Source of the DNA: a bacterium
Lineage (GTDB): Bacteria > Joyebacterota > Joyebacteria > Joyebacterales > Joyebacteraceae
Direction: 5' to 3'
DNA: 64,000 nucleotides
NCBI GenBank assembly: GCA_025782395.1
Contig: JALGZD010000218.1
Span: 87,556 to 151,555 of the forward strand
A program made the position numbers and the translations under genes. The notes beneath the pieces were generated by a model that searched no databases, had not been told where the DNA came from, and worked only from the letters and a program-made list of their open reading frames with translations. Within the stretch, counting starts at the first letter, position 1. Each line of letters begins with the position of its first letter. Below, piece by piece: positions 1 through 10,165 of the stretch.

Positions 1-618
1 GAGACTGCCCGGACCTGCTCCCACCATGGCAACTCTCTTCCCGGTCGGGGGCGCGACGGGGGGTGAGAACGGTTCCGGGTGCTCGATGTCCCAGTCGGCG
101 GCGAACCGCTTGAGGAAATCAATGCAGACCGGTCCCTCCATAGCGTTCCTGCGGCACTCTTCCTCACAAGGCCTGGTGCAGACGCGGCCGATCGACAGAG
201 GAAACGGGTTCACTTCCTTGACGAGTGCCGTCGCCTCACGGTACTTCTTTTTCGCAATGAGAGCGATGTATCCCTGGACGTCGACACTCGCCGGGCACGC
301 CGCCTGACACGGCGCGATGCAGTCGCCCCGGTGATTCGACATGAGGAGCTCGAGCGCCATACGCCGTACCGCACGCACGTCCTCAGTGTTCGTCCATATC
401 TTCATCCCCTCCGCCACCCGCGTTCCACACGAGGGCACATACCGCTTCACGCCTTCCAGCTTGACTGCGCAGACCCAGCAGGATGTGAAGGGCTCGAGCT
501 GCTCGTCATGGCATAGTGTCGGTATCTCGATCCCGTTCCGCCTCGCGGCCTCAAGGATCGTGATACCGTGCTCGACCTGTACTTCCTTCCCGTCAAGGGA
601 GACAGTTACCAGTGCCAC
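1..618 (-). CDS. 5' part of a gene (continues beyond the left window edge) for a protein with a NuoG-like N-terminal ferredoxin domain followed by a GltD/NfnB-like NAD(P)H-binding domain
   Basis: The minus-strand frame is open from position 1 to a GTG at 616-618 with an AGAGGGAAC ribosome-binding site. Translation: VALVTVSLDGKEVQVEHGITILEAARRNGIEIPTLCHDEQLEPFTSCWVC (2Fe-2S fold); HRGDCIAPCQAACP (His-ligated 4Fe-4S of NuoG type); GKRVAMVGAGPGS (Rossmann start). It is absent from the ORF track because the gene is truncated by the window edge. Confidence 0.5.
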   Translation of the reverse strand, partial: MALVTVSLDGKEVQVEHGITILEAARRNGIEIPTLCHDEQLEPFTSCWVCAVKLEGVKRYVPSCGTRVAEGMKIWTNTEDVRAVRRMALELLMSNHRGDCIAPCQAACPASVDVQGYIALIAKKKYREATALVKEVNPFPLSIGRVCTRPCEEECRRNAMEGPVCIDFLKRFAADWDIEHPEPFSPPVAPPTGKRVAMVGAGPGSL

Positions 619-667
619 CTTGTTCCCTCTCTGATTCAGCCTCGGTCTCAAAGCCTGTTGATTCGAG

Positions 668-2455
668 CTAGCGAACGATGATCGCGTCGAACTTGCACAC
701 CTGCCTGCACGCGTCGCACTTCGTGCAGAGATCCTGGTCTATGACGTGCGGTTTCTTCTTCTCGCCGCTCACCGCGCCGACCGGGCACGCCTTGGCGCAC
801 AGCGTACAGCCTACGCAGTTCTCTGCAACGACTTCGTAGGTCAGAAGCGCCTTGCACGCGAGCGCCGGACAGCGCTTCTCGTGAATGTGCGCTTCGTACT
901 CGTTTCTGAAGTGCTTGATCGTGGTGAGGACGGGGTTCGGTGCGGTCTGCCCAAGCCCGCAGAGCGACGAGCTCACTACTTTCTCACCCAGCTCCTGCAG
1001 GAGTTCGATATCGCCCTCGCGTCCCTCTCCGGCACAGATGCGCTCAAGGATCTCCAGCATCCGCTTGGTGCCTACTCGACAGAACGTGCACTTGCCGCAG
1101 CTCTCATTCTGGGTGAAGTCGAGGAAGAACCGCGCGATGTCCACCATGCACGTCGAATCGTCCATGACAACCATGCCACCCGAGCCCATGATCGCGCCCG
1201 TTTTCGTCACGGATTCATAGTCGACCTTGACGTCGATGAGCTCCTCCGGAATGCAGCCACCGGACGGTCCCCCGAGCTGAACGGCCTTGAACTTCCGCCC
1301 CTCCGGCACACCGCCCCCGATTTCGAAGATGATGTCTCTCAAGCGAATGCCCATCGGGACTTCAACGAGTCCGCCGCGGACGATCTTCCCGGCAAGTGCA
1401 AACACTTTCGTTCCCTTGCTGGTCTCCGTGCCGTGGCTCGCGTACGCCGCGGCTCCATTCGTGATGATCCACGCGATGTTCGCGTACGTTTCGACGTTGT
1501 TGATGTTGGTCGGCTTCCCCCAGAGCCCCTCGACAGCAGGATACGGCGGCCGCAGCTTCGGCATGCCTCTCTTGCCCTCTATGGATGCGATGAGGGCCGT
1601 CTCCTCCCCGCAGACGAAAGCTCCGGCGCCTTCCTTGATCTTGACCGTGAAGCCGAACCCGGATCCCAGAATGTCGCTTCCAAGGAATCCCCGCTCCGTA
1701 GCATCGGCAATGGCTATGTTGAGGCGCTTGATGGCGAGAGGGTACTCCGCGCGAACGTAGAAATAGCCCTCCTTGGCTCCGATCGCATATGCCGCGATCA
1801 TGAGCCCTTCGAGAACCGAATGGGGATCGCCCTCAAGAATGCTCCGATCCATGAAGGCGCCGGGATCTCCCTCGTCGGCGTTGACTATGACGTACTTGAC
1901 CTCTCCCGGCTGCTGCCTGGCCAGACCCCACTTCACGCCGGTCGGGAAGCCGGCTCCGCCGCGCCCCCTCAGACCGGAGTCCTTGACTACCGAGATGACT
2001 TCATCGGGCGACATGGATTTGAGTGCCGTTGCGAGGGCGTCGTAGCCGCCGGCATCCATGTAGTCATCGATCGACTCGGGATCGATTAGACCTGCGTTCC
2101 TGAGGACTATCCGCTCCTGTGGCGCCAGGTAGGCATCGTCCGGAAGCTCCCGACCGTCGGCGTGGATCAGCCACTCTTCGATCGGTTTTCCGCCCACCAC
2201 GTGTTCAGCAATGATGCGTTCGACGCGTTCCGTGGTGACGCCGCCGTACGTCATCTTCCCCAACCCGGGAACCGCTACATCCACGAGCGGTTCTCTGTAG
2301 CACATCCCGACACACCCTGTACGTTTGAGCTCGACGTCGATTCCCTGGTCCTGGAGCTTCTGCCGGAAGGTCTCATACACGTCCCGAGCCCCGGCGGCAA
2401 TCCCGCAGCTCGAAAGACCGACCGTTATCTCAGCAACCACGCCCGAAGTATCCAT
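668..2455 (-). CDS. NuoF-like NADH-binding flavoprotein subunit with N-terminal thioredoxin-like 2Fe-2S domain and C-terminal 2x[4Fe-4S] (HndC/HydB/StnC-like)
   Basis: 595 aa. FMN/NADH motifs GRGGAGFPTGVKW. C-terminal CxxCxxCxxxCP x2. N-terminal CGIAAGARDV...CVGMC ferredoxin-like. Confidence 0.8.
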   Translation of the reverse strand: MDTSGVVAEITVGLSSCGIAAGARDVYETFRQKLQDQGIDVELKRTGCVGMCYREPLVDVAVPGLGKMTYGGVTTERVERIIAEHVVGGKPIEEWLIHADGRELPDDAYLAPQERIVLRNAGLIDPESIDDYMDAGGYDALATALKSMSPDEVISVVKDSGLRGRGGAGFPTGVKWGLARQQPGEVKYVIVNADEGDPGAFMDRSILEGDPHSVLEGLMIAAYAIGAKEGYFYVRAEYPLAIKRLNIAIADATERGFLGSDILGSGFGFTVKIKEGAGAFVCGEETALIASIEGKRGMPKLRPPYPAVEGLWGKPTNINNVETYANIAWIITNGAAAYASHGTETSKGTKVFALAGKIVRGGLVEVPMGIRLRDIIFEIGGGVPEGRKFKAVQLGGPSGGCIPEELIDVKVDYESVTKTGAIMGSGGMVVMDDSTCMVDIARFFLDFTQNESCGKCTFCRVGTKRMLEILERICAGEGREGDIELLQELGEKVVSSSLCGLGQTAPNPVLTTIKHFRNEYEAHIHEKRCPALACKALLTYEVVAENCVGCTLCAKACPVGAVSGEKKKPHVIDQDLCTKCDACRQVCKFDAIIVR

Positions 2456-2550
2456 CTTGTCCCTCTCCGGACACCCCTTAACAGGGTGTTCCGCAATGCG
2501 TCCGCCCTGATTGCCCGTTCAGCCGTGCGCCATCGACCCCCGCCCTGGCC

Positions 2551-3087
2551 TTACTTCCCGTACTCCCGGACAATCTTCCGCGCCTCGGCGGGTGTCAGGC
2601 GACCGTATGTGTCGTCCGCGATCATGATCACGGGGGCAAGGCTGCAACAACCGATGCACGCCACGGAGTCGACGGTGAACATCCCGTCCTCGGTGGTACC
2701 TCCGTCCTCAATACCAAGTTCATCGCAGATGGCGTCGCCGATCGCGACCGCCCCCTGCACGTGGCAGGCCGTGCCGTGACAGACCTTCACAATGTATTTC
2801 CCGACAGGATTGAATCTGAACTGCGAGTAGAAACTGGCGACGCCGTAGACGCGTGCTGGAGGCACATCCAGCGAGTGTCCGATTCTCTGAATCACCTCAA
2901 CCGGCAGGTAGCCGATTCTGGCCTGAACCTGCTGCAACACGGGGATCACGCTCCCCGGCGCGTCCACATACTTCCCGGCTATCTCATCGACGATAGCCAG
3001 GTACTCTTTCATTGTCTCCGCCTGAACAACCGCCTTCTCCATCGTTCCTCCGAGTGATCCGGTGGCTCCGTCCCTTGCGAACACCAC
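2551..3087 (-). CDS. NuoE-like 2Fe-2S thioredoxin-fold subunit (HndA/HydC-like)
   Basis: 178 aa. CHGTACHVQGA...CIGCCSLAPV cysteine pattern typical of NuoE/24 kDa subunit. Abuts ndk (3087/3088). Confidence 0.8.
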   Translation of the reverse strand: MVFARDGATGSLGGTMEKAVVQAETMKEYLAIVDEIAGKYVDAPGSVIPVLQQVQARIGYLPVEVIQRIGHSLDVPPARVYGVASFYSQFRFNPVGKYIVKVCHGTACHVQGAVAIGDAICDELGIEDGGTTEDGMFTVDSVACIGCCSLAPVIMIADDTYGRLTPAEARKIVREYGK

Positions 3088-3510
3088 CTACCCAGCGAGT
3101 GTGCGAGGACAGTCGCCGAAGTAGAAGGCTGATTCATGTTTCACGCGCTCAGGCGCGTCGGAAGCATGCACTCCGTTCTCCGTCATGCTCTTGCCGTACT
3201 TGCCCCTGATGCTGCCGGGCGCAGCCTTAGCCGGGTCGGTGGCTCCGATGAACGCTCGGAGTGCCGTCACCGCATCAGGCGCTTCCAGCATGACCCCGAC
3301 CGTCATTCCCGATGTGACGAACTCAATGAGGGTCCCAAAGAACGGTTTGCCCACGTGCACATCGTAGAACACGTGAGCTTCTTCGACCGACAGTTTTCGT
3401 GATGCGAGGCCGACGATGCGGAAGCCCCCCCGCTCGAGCGCAGCCAGAATCTCTCCCGTGAGACCATCACGGACGGCCCGCGGTTTCACCATGAGGAAGG
3501 TTCTGTCCAT
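3088..3510 (-). CDS. ndk: nucleoside diphosphate kinase
   Basis: MDRTFLMVKPRAV...NGVHASD (active-site His region). The listed ORF's first 40 aa are a spurious extension overlapping korC; the true start is the internal ATG at about 3510. Confidence 0.85.
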   Translation of the reverse strand: MDRTFLMVKPRAVRDGLTGEILAALERGGFRIVGLASRKLSVEEAHVFYDVHVGKPFFGTLIEFVTSGMTVGVMLEAPDAVTALRAFIGATDPAKAAPGSIRGKYGKSMTENGVHASDAPERVKHESAFYFGDCPRTLAG

Positions 3511-4070
3511 CAGCTCACCTTTCCCGTCGCGCGCCTGGCGGCTTCCCGTCCGACAGCCAGCGCTCTCTTGTTCGCCTCCTCGGTTCCGCTCGGTACACGC
3601 GCCACCACGGTCTTCTCGAGGCTGTCCCACTCCACGGCTTTCGAGAGCTCAACAACTGCGCCGAGTGCAACCACGTTGGCGAACAGTGCTCTTCCGCACT
3701 GTTCGATGGCGAGAAGCGTGAACGGGATCCCGATAGCGGAGTCCAGCCCGGCATTGTCCACGAGGTACGAATCCACGACGAAGAGCCCACCCTCTTTGAG
3801 AGAACGCCTGTATTCATCCGCGGATACCTGGGTCATGGCGAGAAGCACATCGACGCTGGTCGCCTTTGGATAGTCGATATCCTCGGTCGAGATGACGATA
3901 TCGGTCTTGCTCTTACCGCCTCTTGCCTCGGGACCGTAGCTTTGCGTTTGCACCGTGTTCTTGCCGTCGTAGACGGACGCCGCCTCCGCAAGGAGCTTGC
4001 CGGCCAGCATCAGCCCCTGACCGCCCGAGCCTGAAAGGCGAATCTCGAATCTGCCTTCATCTTTCGTCAC
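3510..4070 (-). CDS. korC: 2-oxoacid:ferredoxin oxidoreductase gamma subunit
   Basis: 186 aa. RLSGSGGQGLMLAGKLLAEAA matches the Por/Kor gamma family signature. Confidence 0.75.
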   Translation of the reverse strand: MTKDEGRFEIRLSGSGGQGLMLAGKLLAEAASVYDGKNTVQTQSYGPEARGGKSKTDIVISTEDIDYPKATSVDVLLAMTQVSADEYRRSLKEGGLFVVDSYLVDNAGLDSAIGIPFTLLAIEQCGRALFANVVALGAVVELSKAVEWDSLEKTVVARVPSGTEEANKRALAVGREAARRATGKVS

Positions 4071-4132
4071 TTGCGAATCCTCGCGTTGGTGTCGCCGCGC
4101 TCAGGCGGTGACCGTTCCTCGAGATACACCGG

Positions 4133-5041
4133 CTACTCGATCCTCGCCTTGAGCCTGTTCCCAAGCCGTTGGTAGCTCTCGATCGTCGCCCTGAGGTTCT
4201 GGTTGACAACCGAGGAGTCCGTGGTCAGCTCTTCAGCGAGCTTGTCATAGACCTCGATAAATTCGGGCTGATCTCTCTCGACATGAACGCCGCGGATGAA
4301 CTTCCCCTTGAGCTGCTCGGGAGACATATCGGCGGCCTGCTTCACGGTGACCGCGCTCTCCTTCATCCACTTGAACATGTCGACCGGACCGGAGAACTTG
4401 TTGAGTCTGCCGTAGCTCGTGTAGCAGTTGCTGACGACCTCAACGACGGAGAACCCCGGGTGTCGGATGGCACGCTCAAGGATCTTGTCCAGCTCGCGCA
4501 CGTGGTAGACCGACGTGCGGGCAACGAATGTCGCCCCGGCTCCAGCCGCGAGGGAGACGATATCGAATTCGTACTCAACGTTGCCGTAGGGAGCGGTCGT
4601 TCCTCGCTTGCCGTGAGGCGTCGTGGGCGAGTACTGCCCGCCCGTCATCCCGTAGATGCAGTTGTTCGCCACGATGGCGGTTATATCGATGTTGCGCCGG
4701 CAGGCGTGGATGAAGTGGTTGCCTCCGATCGCCACAGCATCCCCGTCACCCATTGCTGTGACGACCGTAAGCTCGGGATTGGCGAGCTTAACGCCCGTGG
4801 CGAATCCGAGCGCTCTGCCGTGTGTCGTATGCAGCGTATTGGTATCGATGTAGGTAGGAAGCCGTCCGGTGCACCCAATACCCGAGATCGTCGCCGTCTT
4901 GTTCTTCTCGAGCCCCATCCCGGACATCACCCTCGTGAGGCTGCCCATAATGATCCCGAGACCGCATCCCGCACACCAAACGGTCGGAAGTTTCTTGTGA
5001 GGCTTGAGATAGGTCCTCGCGCGTTCTATGGCCTGGCTCAT
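4133..5041 (-). CDS. korB: 2-oxoacid:ferredoxin oxidoreductase beta subunit (TPP-binding)
   Basis: 302 aa. CAGCGLGIIMGS...GDGD TPP-binding motifs. Overlaps the alpha subunit by 4 bp. Confidence 0.85.
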   Translation of the reverse strand: MSQAIERARTYLKPHKKLPTVWCAGCGLGIIMGSLTRVMSGMGLEKNKTATISGIGCTGRLPTYIDTNTLHTTHGRALGFATGVKLANPELTVVTAMGDGDAVAIGGNHFIHACRRNIDITAIVANNCIYGMTGGQYSPTTPHGKRGTTAPYGNVEYEFDIVSLAAGAGATFVARTSVYHVRELDKILERAIRHPGFSVVEVVSNCYTSYGRLNKFSGPVDMFKWMKESAVTVKQAADMSPEQLKGKFIRGVHVERDQPEFIEVYDKLAEELTTDSSVVNQNLRATIESYQRLGNRLKARIE

Positions 5042-6210
5042 GACGCTATCTCCTCCAGAACGAAGTCAGTGATCTGATCGGGCTCAAACAAGTGCCCGTC
5101 GACCCGCCCGAAGTGCCGGACCGGAACAACACCGGCCACCGCACGCTCCACTTCTGTTACAAGCTGTCCCAGGTTCATTTCAGGAACGATGATACTGCGA
5201 AGTTGGGGAGCCAGCTCCCTGAGCCTCTTGCCCGAGAACGGCCAGATGGTCTTCACGCGCAGGAGCCCGGCCTTCAGACCGCGTTCCCTCAGAACCCTCA
5301 GCGACGCTTTCGCGACACGCGCCGAGGACCCGTACGCGAAGAGCAGCACCTCGCAGTCGTCCGTCATTGTTTCCTCGTTCATGGCCAGATCGTCCGCTCT
5401 GTCCTCGATCTTGCCCACGATCCCGCGGATCTTCCTGTCCACCTCCTCCGGCACCATTGTCGGGAAGCCGCGCTCGTCGTGAGTGAGGCCTGTCACGTGG
5501 AAGCGATGCGGCCCACCGAAGTGAGCCATCGGAGGAATGCCACTGAGTCCGCCGCAGAACGGCTGGTAGTCCTCCTGCTCGTCGCGCGGGTGCGGCCGCG
5601 AATGCACTTTGTACGACCCCGGAGCCGGAACCTCAACGCTCTCACGCATGTGACCGATCACTTCGTCCATAAGAAGCACGACGGGCGTGCGGAACTCCTC
5701 GGACAGACTCACGCAGCGTGCCGTGAGCTCGATGCACTCGAGAACAGTCGCCGGCGCCAGCGCGATGATAGCATGGTCGCCGTGCGTTCCCCAGCGCGTC
5801 TGCATGACGTCCCCCTGGGCCGGCTGCGTCGGTAGCCCGGTTGAGGGACCGGCACGCTGGACGTTTACGATGACACAAGGGATTTCAGCGAGACAGGCTA
5901 ATCCCAAGTTCTCCTGCATGAGCGAGAAACCCGGTCCGCTTGTGGCGGTCATCGATCTCGCGCCGGCCAGCGACGCACCGATTATGGCTGCTATCGAGCC
6001 GATCTCATCTTCCATCTGGATGAAGCGCCCGCCGATCAGTGGAAGATGTCTTGCCATGAACTCTGCGATTTCGGACGATGGAGTAATGGGATAGCCGGCG
6101 AAGAAATCGACACCGGCGGCGACAGCTCCCACAGAGCAGGCTTCGTTCCCCTGCATCACCCAGATCGACCTTTCGTTGTTCCCTGACATGATTGATGAAC
6201 CCCCGGACAC
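5038..6210 (-). CDS. korA: 2-oxoacid:ferredoxin oxidoreductase alpha subunit
   Basis: 390 aa. Typical KorA/PorA pyrimidine-binding domain: GNEACSVGAVAAGVDFFAGYPITPSSEI. Confidence 0.85.
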   Translation of the reverse strand: MSGGSSIMSGNNERSIWVMQGNEACSVGAVAAGVDFFAGYPITPSSEIAEFMARHLPLIGGRFIQMEDEIGSIAAIIGASLAGARSMTATSGPGFSLMQENLGLACLAEIPCVIVNVQRAGPSTGLPTQPAQGDVMQTRWGTHGDHAIIALAPATVLECIELTARCVSLSEEFRTPVVLLMDEVIGHMRESVEVPAPGSYKVHSRPHPRDEQEDYQPFCGGLSGIPPMAHFGGPHRFHVTGLTHDERGFPTMVPEEVDRKIRGIVGKIEDRADDLAMNEETMTDDCEVLLFAYGSSARVAKASLRVLRERGLKAGLLRVKTIWPFSGKRLRELAPQLRSIIVPEMNLGQLVTEVERAVAGVVPVRHFGRVDGHLFEPDQITDFVLEEIAS

Positions 6211-6232
6211 TGTAGTCCGTTAGCCGGCCTCG

Positions 6233-6523
6233 TTAGGAACCGTTCTTCTTCGCACGCTCTTTGTAGATCGTGATCGCCATATCGGGGCAGAGCATCTCGC
6301 AGAGATTGCAGGCAATGCACTTCTCCGGATGCTCCACGACCGGACGACCGGTCTTGTCCGCCCCGAAGACCTTTGTGGGGCAGAACTCGATGCAGATACC
6401 ACAGGCCTTGCACCAGGCCTGGTAGACAAAGACATCCTGATCCGGGTGCTCTTCACGCGACGGGTAGTTCCATCGCCTGTTGTTCGCGGCCTTGGCCGCC
6501 TGCTTCTCCATGCTACCTCCCAA
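6233..6523 (-). CDS. korD: 2-oxoacid:ferredoxin oxidoreductase delta subunit (2x[4Fe-4S] ferredoxin)
   Basis: 96 aa. [12 protein letters not shown] and [12 protein letters not shown]. Overlaps the sucD stop by 11 bp. Confidence 0.75.
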   Translation of the reverse strand: MGGSMEKQAAKAANNRRWNYPSREEHPDQDVFVYQAWCKACGICIEFCPTKVFGADKTGRPVVEHPEKCIACNLCEMLCPDMAITIYKERAKKNGS

Positions 6524-7385
6524 GCGCGGTCTTCAGAAGACCGGGTATCTCACTCGGACGGTCGGCCACGGGCACGCCCGCCGCCGCCAGCGCTTCCATC
6601 TTCTCCTGAGCCGTCCCCTTGCCACCCGCGATGATGGCCCCGGCATGCCCCATCCTCTTTCCTGGGGGAGCAGTTCTGCCGGCGATGAAGCTCACGACCG
6701 GCTTCGTCATCTTCGCCTTGATGAACTCCGCTGCCTGCTCTTCGTCCGTCCCGCCGATCTCCCCTATCAGCACGACGGCTTCTGTCTCCTGGTCATTCTC
6801 GAACGCTTCCAGCGTGTCGATGAAGCTCGTTCCGATTATCGGATCACCACCGATCCCGATAACGCTCGACTGACCCATCCCGTCGCGACGCAGACAGTCC
6901 ACTACCTCGTAGGTCAGCGTTCCGCTTCTCGAGACGACACCTATGCCGCCCTGGGAGTGAATGAAGCCGGGCATGATGCCCAGCTTCGATTTCCCGGGGC
7001 TGATGATACCGGGACAGTTCGGTCCGATCATGCGAACACCGAGCTCCTTCGTCCGCTTGTAGATCTTCGCCACATCGAGAGTGGGCACACCCTCGGAAAC
7101 AACGACAACGAGCTTAGCACCCGACTCGACCGCCTCCATCGCAGCACCTGCGGCGAACTTCGCGGGGACGAAGATGATGGTTGCATTGGCTCCCGTCGCG
7201 TCGACGGCCTCACGCACGGTATTGAAGACAGGGATCCCGTCTATCTCCTGTCCACCCTTCCCTGGTGTGACGCCCGCCACGACAGCGGTTCCGTACTCCA
7301 CCATGGCGCGGGTGTGGAACGAGCCGTCGCGGCCGGTGATTCCCTGGACGCAGACTCGTGTGGTTTCATCCAGAAAGATACTCAC
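6513..7385 (-). CDS. sucD: succinyl-CoA synthetase alpha subunit
   Basis: 290 aa. Canonical SucD N-terminus and CoA-binding/His-phosphorylation region (GHAGAII). Confidence 0.9.
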   Translation of the reverse strand: MSIFLDETTRVCVQGITGRDGSFHTRAMVEYGTAVVAGVTPGKGGQEIDGIPVFNTVREAVDATGANATIIFVPAKFAAGAAMEAVESGAKLVVVVSEGVPTLDVAKIYKRTKELGVRMIGPNCPGIISPGKSKLGIMPGFIHSQGGIGVVSRSGTLTYEVVDCLRRDGMGQSSVIGIGGDPIIGTSFIDTLEAFENDQETEAVVLIGEIGGTDEEQAAEFIKAKMTKPVVSFIAGRTAPPGKRMGHAGAIIAGGKGTAQEKMEALAAAGVPVADRPSEIPGLLKTALGR

Positions 7386-8520
7386 GCCTGCCTCCTCGCC
7401 AGCTCGACCGCCTTCTCGACCGCTTCATCCATCGTCTCCGCGGATTCCATCTCGTGCTCAGCCAGGATTCGCCCGGCCTCTTCCGCGTTCGTCCCCGTCA
7501 GGCGGACAACGAGCGGCAGCCCCACGGGCTGCTCCTCGAGCGCAGCCACGAGTCCCCTGGCAACGTCGTCACAGCGGGTGATTCCCCCAAAGATGTTGAG
7601 GAGGATCGACTTGACGTTCGGGTCACCCGTAATGATGTCGATGGCGGTCTGCATTTTCTCCGGGCTCGAGCTTCCTCCGATGTCGAGGAAGTTAGCGGGC
7701 TCACCACCGTAGTACTTGATGACATCCATAGTGGTCATGGCCAGGCCTGCCCCGTTTACGATGCAGCCAACGTCGCCCTCAAGCTTGATGTATGAGAGAC
7801 CCATCTCTCGCGCCCGCCTCAGTTCATCGGTCTCACTGGATGGGTCGCGCATGGCCTCAATGTCGGGATGGCGGAATAGTGCGTTGTCGTCGATGTTGAT
7901 CTTCGCATCGACCGCCCAGACCTGCTCGTCCGGTGTAACGACCAGCGGGTTTATCTCCGCAAGCGAGGCATCGCTTCCGATGAAAGCCTCATACAGTTTC
8001 TCAACAACGACTGCGATGTCACGAGCCACATGAGGTCTCGCATCGAGCTTCCCTGCAAGCTCTTGCGCGTCGGCTTCAGAGAGCCCGTCCTCGGGATCGA
8101 CCGGATGTTTGTGGATTCTCTCGGGCGTCGTCGCTGCAACCTCCTCGATGTCCACTCCGCCGGCGGCGCTCACCATATAGACCGGCCTCTTGGTCGCGCG
8201 GTCGACGACGATTCCGGCGTAGTACTCGCGATCGATATCGACGGCGTCCGCGACCATGACTCTCTCGACCGTGAGGCCCTTGATGTCCATCCCCAGTATG
8301 GCCGATGCGTGCGCCTCCGCCTCGCGGGGAGTCTGCGCCAGCTTGACGCCGCCGGCCTTACCGCGACCGCCGACGTGCACCTGAGCTTTGACGACGACCA
8401 TACTGCCGATCTTCTCGGCAACACGGCGCGCGTCCCTGGAATCGTCCACGACCTCAAAACGAGGAATCGGGACCCCATACCCGCTCAGAATCTCTCTGGC
8501 CTGGTACTCATGGATCTTCA
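7382..8520 (-). CDS. sucC: succinyl-CoA synthetase beta subunit (ATP-grasp)
   Basis: [12 protein letters not shown]... is the canonical SucC start. The likely start is TTG at 8518-8520 with a GGGGGG ribosome-binding site; the upstream part of the listed ORF (to 8563) is probably non-coding. 4-bp overlap with sucD. Confidence 0.9.
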
Positions 8521-8593
8521 AGTAGTCCCCCCATGGTTGCTGCGGTTCCGGAGATCCGTCCACCCCGGCGTACCGGGCGCGAGCGGCCCGATA

Positions 8594-9904
8594 TCACAGG
8601 AACTTCTTCAGAACATCAACGAGCGTCGGACTACCCTTCACGTCAAGATCGTACCCGACGCGCACGCTCGGTTTCTCTATTGTGATGACCCTCCTGAGAT
8701 CGATCGGCGTCCCCACAACGACGTAATCGCAATCGACCGCGTTCACCGTCTTCTCCAGGTCCGCCACCTGCTCACCACTGTAGCCGGCCGCGGGCAGGAG
8801 CGCTCCTATGCCCGGGTACTTCTCGTACATCTCTTTGATTTTGCCAACTGCCTTGTCGCGCGCGTCAACAAGGATCGCACCGGCACGCTCGGCAGCCACA
8901 GTGCCGGCCCCGATCGTCATGCCGCCGTGAGTCAGTGTGGGACCATCCTCGATAACCAGTACGCGCTTGCCCCTGAGATCGACGTCCTCTTCGAAGACTA
9001 CGGGCGAGTCGGCGTGCATAATCAGAGCTTCCGGGTTCACCGACTCGATATTGCCGACGAGCCGATCTATCTCCGCCTGCTCCGCGGAGTCTTCCTTGTT
9101 GATAATGACGACATCGGCCATCCGGAGGTTCTGCTCTCCGGGGTAGTACGTGAGTTCGTGACCGACGCGATGCGGATCGGCAACCACGATGTAGAGATCG
9201 GCATCGTAGAAGGACGCGTCGTTGTTACCACCGTCCCACAGGACGATGTCCGCCTCCTTTTCAGCCTCTTCCAGGATGCGTCCGTAGTCGACTCCTGCGA
9301 AGACGACGTTTCCACGGTCGATATGAGGCTCGTACTCCTCCATCTCCTCGATTGTGCACTTGTGCTTCGCCATGTCGTCGTAGCTGCCGAACCTCTGCCA
9401 GATCTGCTTCGTCAGATCGCCGTACGGCATCGGATGTCTGATGGCGACGACCTTCTTCCCGGCCTCGGTCAGGATTTCCGCAACGCGTCGCGTCGTCTGG
9501 CTTTTTCCACACCCCGTCCGGGTCGCACAGATGGCGATCACCGGCTTCCCGGAGTTGAGCATCGTCTCGCGCGCACCGAGGAGCACAAAGTTGGCTCCCA
9601 GGGCGTTCACCTGGGACGCCTTGTGCATCACATACTCGTGCGGCACGTCGCTGTACGCGAAGACGACATCATCGACGTTGAGTTCCTCGATCAGGCGTGG
9701 CAGTTCCTCCTCCGCGCGAATCGGGATGCCGTCGGGGTAGAGCCTGCCGGCGAGTTCCGTAGGATATGCTCGACCATCTATGTCGGGAATCTGAGTCGCC
9801 GTGAACGCTACGACCTCAAACTCTTCGCGGTCACGATAGACCAGATTGAAATTATGGAAATCCCTACCCGCCGCCCCCATGATAATGACACGTCTTTTCT
9901 CCAT
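8594..9904 (-). CDS. P-loop protein of the COG2403 / cyclic 2,3-diphosphoglycerate synthetase-like family
   Basis: About 436 aa from the internal Met MEKRRVIIMG. Walker-A-like TRTGCGKSQT. Family assignment is from recall, not a search. Confidence 0.35.
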   Translation of the reverse strand: MEKRRVIIMGAAGRDFHNFNLVYRDREEFEVVAFTATQIPDIDGRAYPTELAGRLYPDGIPIRAEEELPRLIEELNVDDVVFAYSDVPHEYVMHKASQVNALGANFVLLGARETMLNSGKPVIAICATRTGCGKSQTTRRVAEILTEAGKKVVAIRHPMPYGDLTKQIWQRFGSYDDMAKHKCTIEEMEEYEPHIDRGNVVFAGVDYGRILEEAEKEADIVLWDGGNNDASFYDADLYIVVADPHRVGHELTYYPGEQNLRMADVVIINKEDSAEQAEIDRLVGNIESVNPEALIMHADSPVVFEEDVDLRGKRVLVIEDGPTLTHGGMTIGAGTVAAERAGAILVDARDKAVGKIKEMYEKYPGIGALLPAAGYSGEQVADLEKTVNAVDCDYVVVGTPIDLRRVITIEKPSVRVGYDLDVKGSPTLVDVLKKFL

Positions 9905-10165
9905 CACACCTCTCCTTGACTCCCCGACACACTGCTGTCGCGTCACCTTGAGGCCGCGACGCACCCGGCCAATCGCAGATGAATCCCCCATGTACCCGCA
10001 TTCACCCGAAGACGGTCACTTGGAGGATCCCAAACATCATATGGACCGTGCGGATGTCGTTCCACCGGTCCGCCGACAGCCAGGAGTGCGACTGCCGAAC
10101 AACCATATAAGTTTACTCTATTTGCAGAAGATAGTCCAGCAGCCAATGGTGCGTTCACGCCTTTT

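Noticed and set aside
746-2089. Long plus-strand ORFs antisense to clear minus-strand genes (also 8030-9919, 39599-41464, 49357-51213, 60592-62697 and 42849-44045)
   Set aside because: They are Arg/Pro/Ala-rich with low complexity. They lie opposite to conserved genes (nuoF-like, cpgS-like, Omp85, M6 protease, dnaE). These are typical high-GC antisense artefacts.
3088-3630. 180-aa ndk ORF as listed
   Set aside because: The first 40 aa overlap korC and are not part of Ndk. The true start is MDRTFLMVKP.
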